Shown here: positions 62,190 to 64,000 of the stretch, one piece after another
How positions within the stretch are numbered: position 1 is the first letter of the stretch
Layout: every line of letters starts with the position of its first letter
Assembly (NCBI RefSeq): GCF_006345805.1
Contig: NC_043003.1
Location: forward strand, 25,296,001-25,360,000
Direction of reading: 5' to 3'
Length of the DNA: 64,000 nucleotides
From: Octopus sinensis
Lineage: Eukaryota
Notes under the pieces: generated by a model
What the model was told of the DNA's origin: nothing
Database searches by the model: none
Seen by the model: the letters and a program-made list of their open reading frames with translations, nothing else
Translations under genes and position numbers: made by a program

Positions 62190-62645
62190 ATGTGTGTGTA
62201 GTGAAGTTTTGGGAGGTTTGGTGAGAGGGAGGAAAAAGAAAAGAAAAATAGAGAAAACAGAAAGGACAGGAGAGAAAAGAAAGCAAAGAGAGACAAACAA
62301 ACAAAAAGGGGGAGCGAAAGAGAGAGAGAAAGGGGTCTTTTTTTCTGAGATGTCTTTTATTGTATTTTCATGGTCAGTCATTTCACAGCTGTTTGAAGTT
62401 AATGACATTTCAAGATGTCAATTTTTGCTTTAGTTCTTGTTTTAAAGGCATCTCTCTCTTTCACTGTGCATGCATATGCATGTGTGTGGCAAATTTTTTT
62501 TGAGGTTTGGTTAGAAGGAGAGAAAAAGGGGGGAAAGAAAAACTAAAAGAAAGAATGAGTGAGAAAGGGGCTCCTGGGATGGTTTAAATTGTATTGTATT
62601 CATATGGTCAGCTTGAAGTTAATGACAATTCAAGATGTCAGTTTT
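62190..62645. repeat. Diverged tandem duplication (period about 290 bp) with a purine-rich core
   Basis: GAGGTTTGG, GAGAAAGGGG and TGAAGTTAATGACA(T/A)TTCAAGATGTCA each occur twice in the same order. Confidence 0.75.
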
Positions 62646-63389
62646 GAAAGTATCTCTCTCTATACACACACACAATATATAATGCAATATATATATATAC
62701 ACATCCATTCATCCTTCCACATACACGACTACATTATACATATATATACACATACACACCTGTATGTATGTATGCAAAGTGTTTTGAATGTTAGTTGAGG
62801 ATTGAAAAAGTGATTCATAATAACAAGTATGGATGCAGTTACAATTATATGAAGGAAATCCAAATGGTCCAAACTAGATTTAAAATATAAACATATACTC
62901 TCTCCAATGTTGATTAATCTTACACAAAAATGATTCATTTGGTGAAGGTCAAAAGTGAGTATTCAAGTACTTGCATTTGATTATTTCACACAAACCATCT
63001 GTAACTTCAACCACATTTTCTGCAAAAATTAGCCAGGTACGGTACTTGTATGAGTTAACTATGTAAAATAACATCCATAACTTGTTCAATTTCAGCAAGT
63101 GTCCACATATCCTTGCTATAAATATTGACCAATTTTGGGGGAATCCAGTAACCTGAGTTTTTTTAAAAGTTTAATTTAGGTCAGAATTTTTTGATAAAAT
63201 GAAGTTCCCATTGTCTTCCGGTACTTTGAATTATTCCTTGAGCATTTGTAGAGGGAAATGATCTTGAATTTGCTGTCTCCACATATTTCCAGATGTTTAC
63301 TTAGTAAACACAGCAATCTTACTTGGCACACTGCCTTATGAAAGTCACTGCACACACAACCATGTGCTACCATCTATGTATGTATGTAT

Positions 63390-63755
63390 TGGGAAGACCC
63401 ATCAAGAAAGTGAAATTGTAGTCGTGGCCAATACCAGTGTCGCATATCTGGCACCTATGCTTGTGGCATGTAAAAAGCACCCTTCAAACTTTGGGCCTCA
63501 CAGAGGCAGTGACAAGTGACAGACTTTTTGCAATATACCATGCTTAAGACCTGTCAAGTCAAGTGATATCGTAGTCGTGGCCAATATTAGTGTTTTGTAA
63601 CTGGCATGTAAAAAGCACTCACTACACTCTTGGAAGGGTATCCGACAGTAGAAACTATGCCAAATCAGATTGAAACCTGGTATAGCCCTCCAGCTTACCA
63701 GTTTTCAGTGAAACTGCTCGACCCATGCCAGCATGGAAAACAGATGTTAAATGTT
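63390..63755 (+). mobile_element. R1 LINE 3' UTR fragment
   Basis: Two GGCATGTAAAAAGCAC units and the GCATGGAAAACAGATGTTAAATG tail. Confidence 0.72.
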
Positions 63756-63757
63756 TC

Positions 63758-63990
63758 TTATTTCTTTATTACCCACAAGGAGCTAAACAGAGAGGGGACA
63801 AACAAGGAAAGACAAAAGGATTAAGTCGATTACATCAACCCCTGTGCATAACTGGTACTTAATTTATCGACACTGAAAGGATGAAAGGTAAAGTCGACCT
63901 CGGCAGGATTTGAACTCAGAATGTAAAGACAGACAAAATACTGCTAAGCATTTTGCCTTGCGTGCTAACGTTTCTGCCAGCTCGCCACCT
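63758..63990 (-). mobile_element. Family-B SINE (tail B1)
   Basis: Homologous to 10413 and 52735. Confidence 0.88.
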
Positions 63991-64000
63991 TTTCAGTTTC

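Overview
AT-rich eukaryotic (animal) DNA holding a cluster of six C2H2 (Kruppel-type) zinc-finger genes, each with its whole finger array in one exon. In order they are ZNF-1 (-), ZNF-2 (+), then ZNF-3 to ZNF-6 (all -). No KRAB, SCAN, BTB or ZAD domain is visible. The repeat landscape (tRNA-headed SINEs, RTE LINE 3' ends with (ATG)n tails, MITEs, Helentron-like and Penelope-like pieces) and the cluster itself suggest an octopus or other coleoid cephalopod; this is inference. Beyond the ORF track, each gene is preceded by a homologous non-coding cassette: a conserved AAGAGTTAGTTCCCCTG motif, about 230-285 nt of sequence, a TTGATTT|GTAAGTA splice donor, then an intron ending in a homologous TTTCAG acceptor. 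One extra cassette (32.8-33.0 kb) has no coding exon of its own. Finger arrays are decaying into UTR at both ends and show block duplications and finger gain or loss between paralogs. Other highlights are an RTE LINE with three C-terminal C2H2 fingers inside a ZNF intron and two hammerhead-ribozyme-like motifs in Penelope-like fragments. All alignments, translations and repeat-family calls were made by eye, and coordinates of degenerate repeats are approximate.
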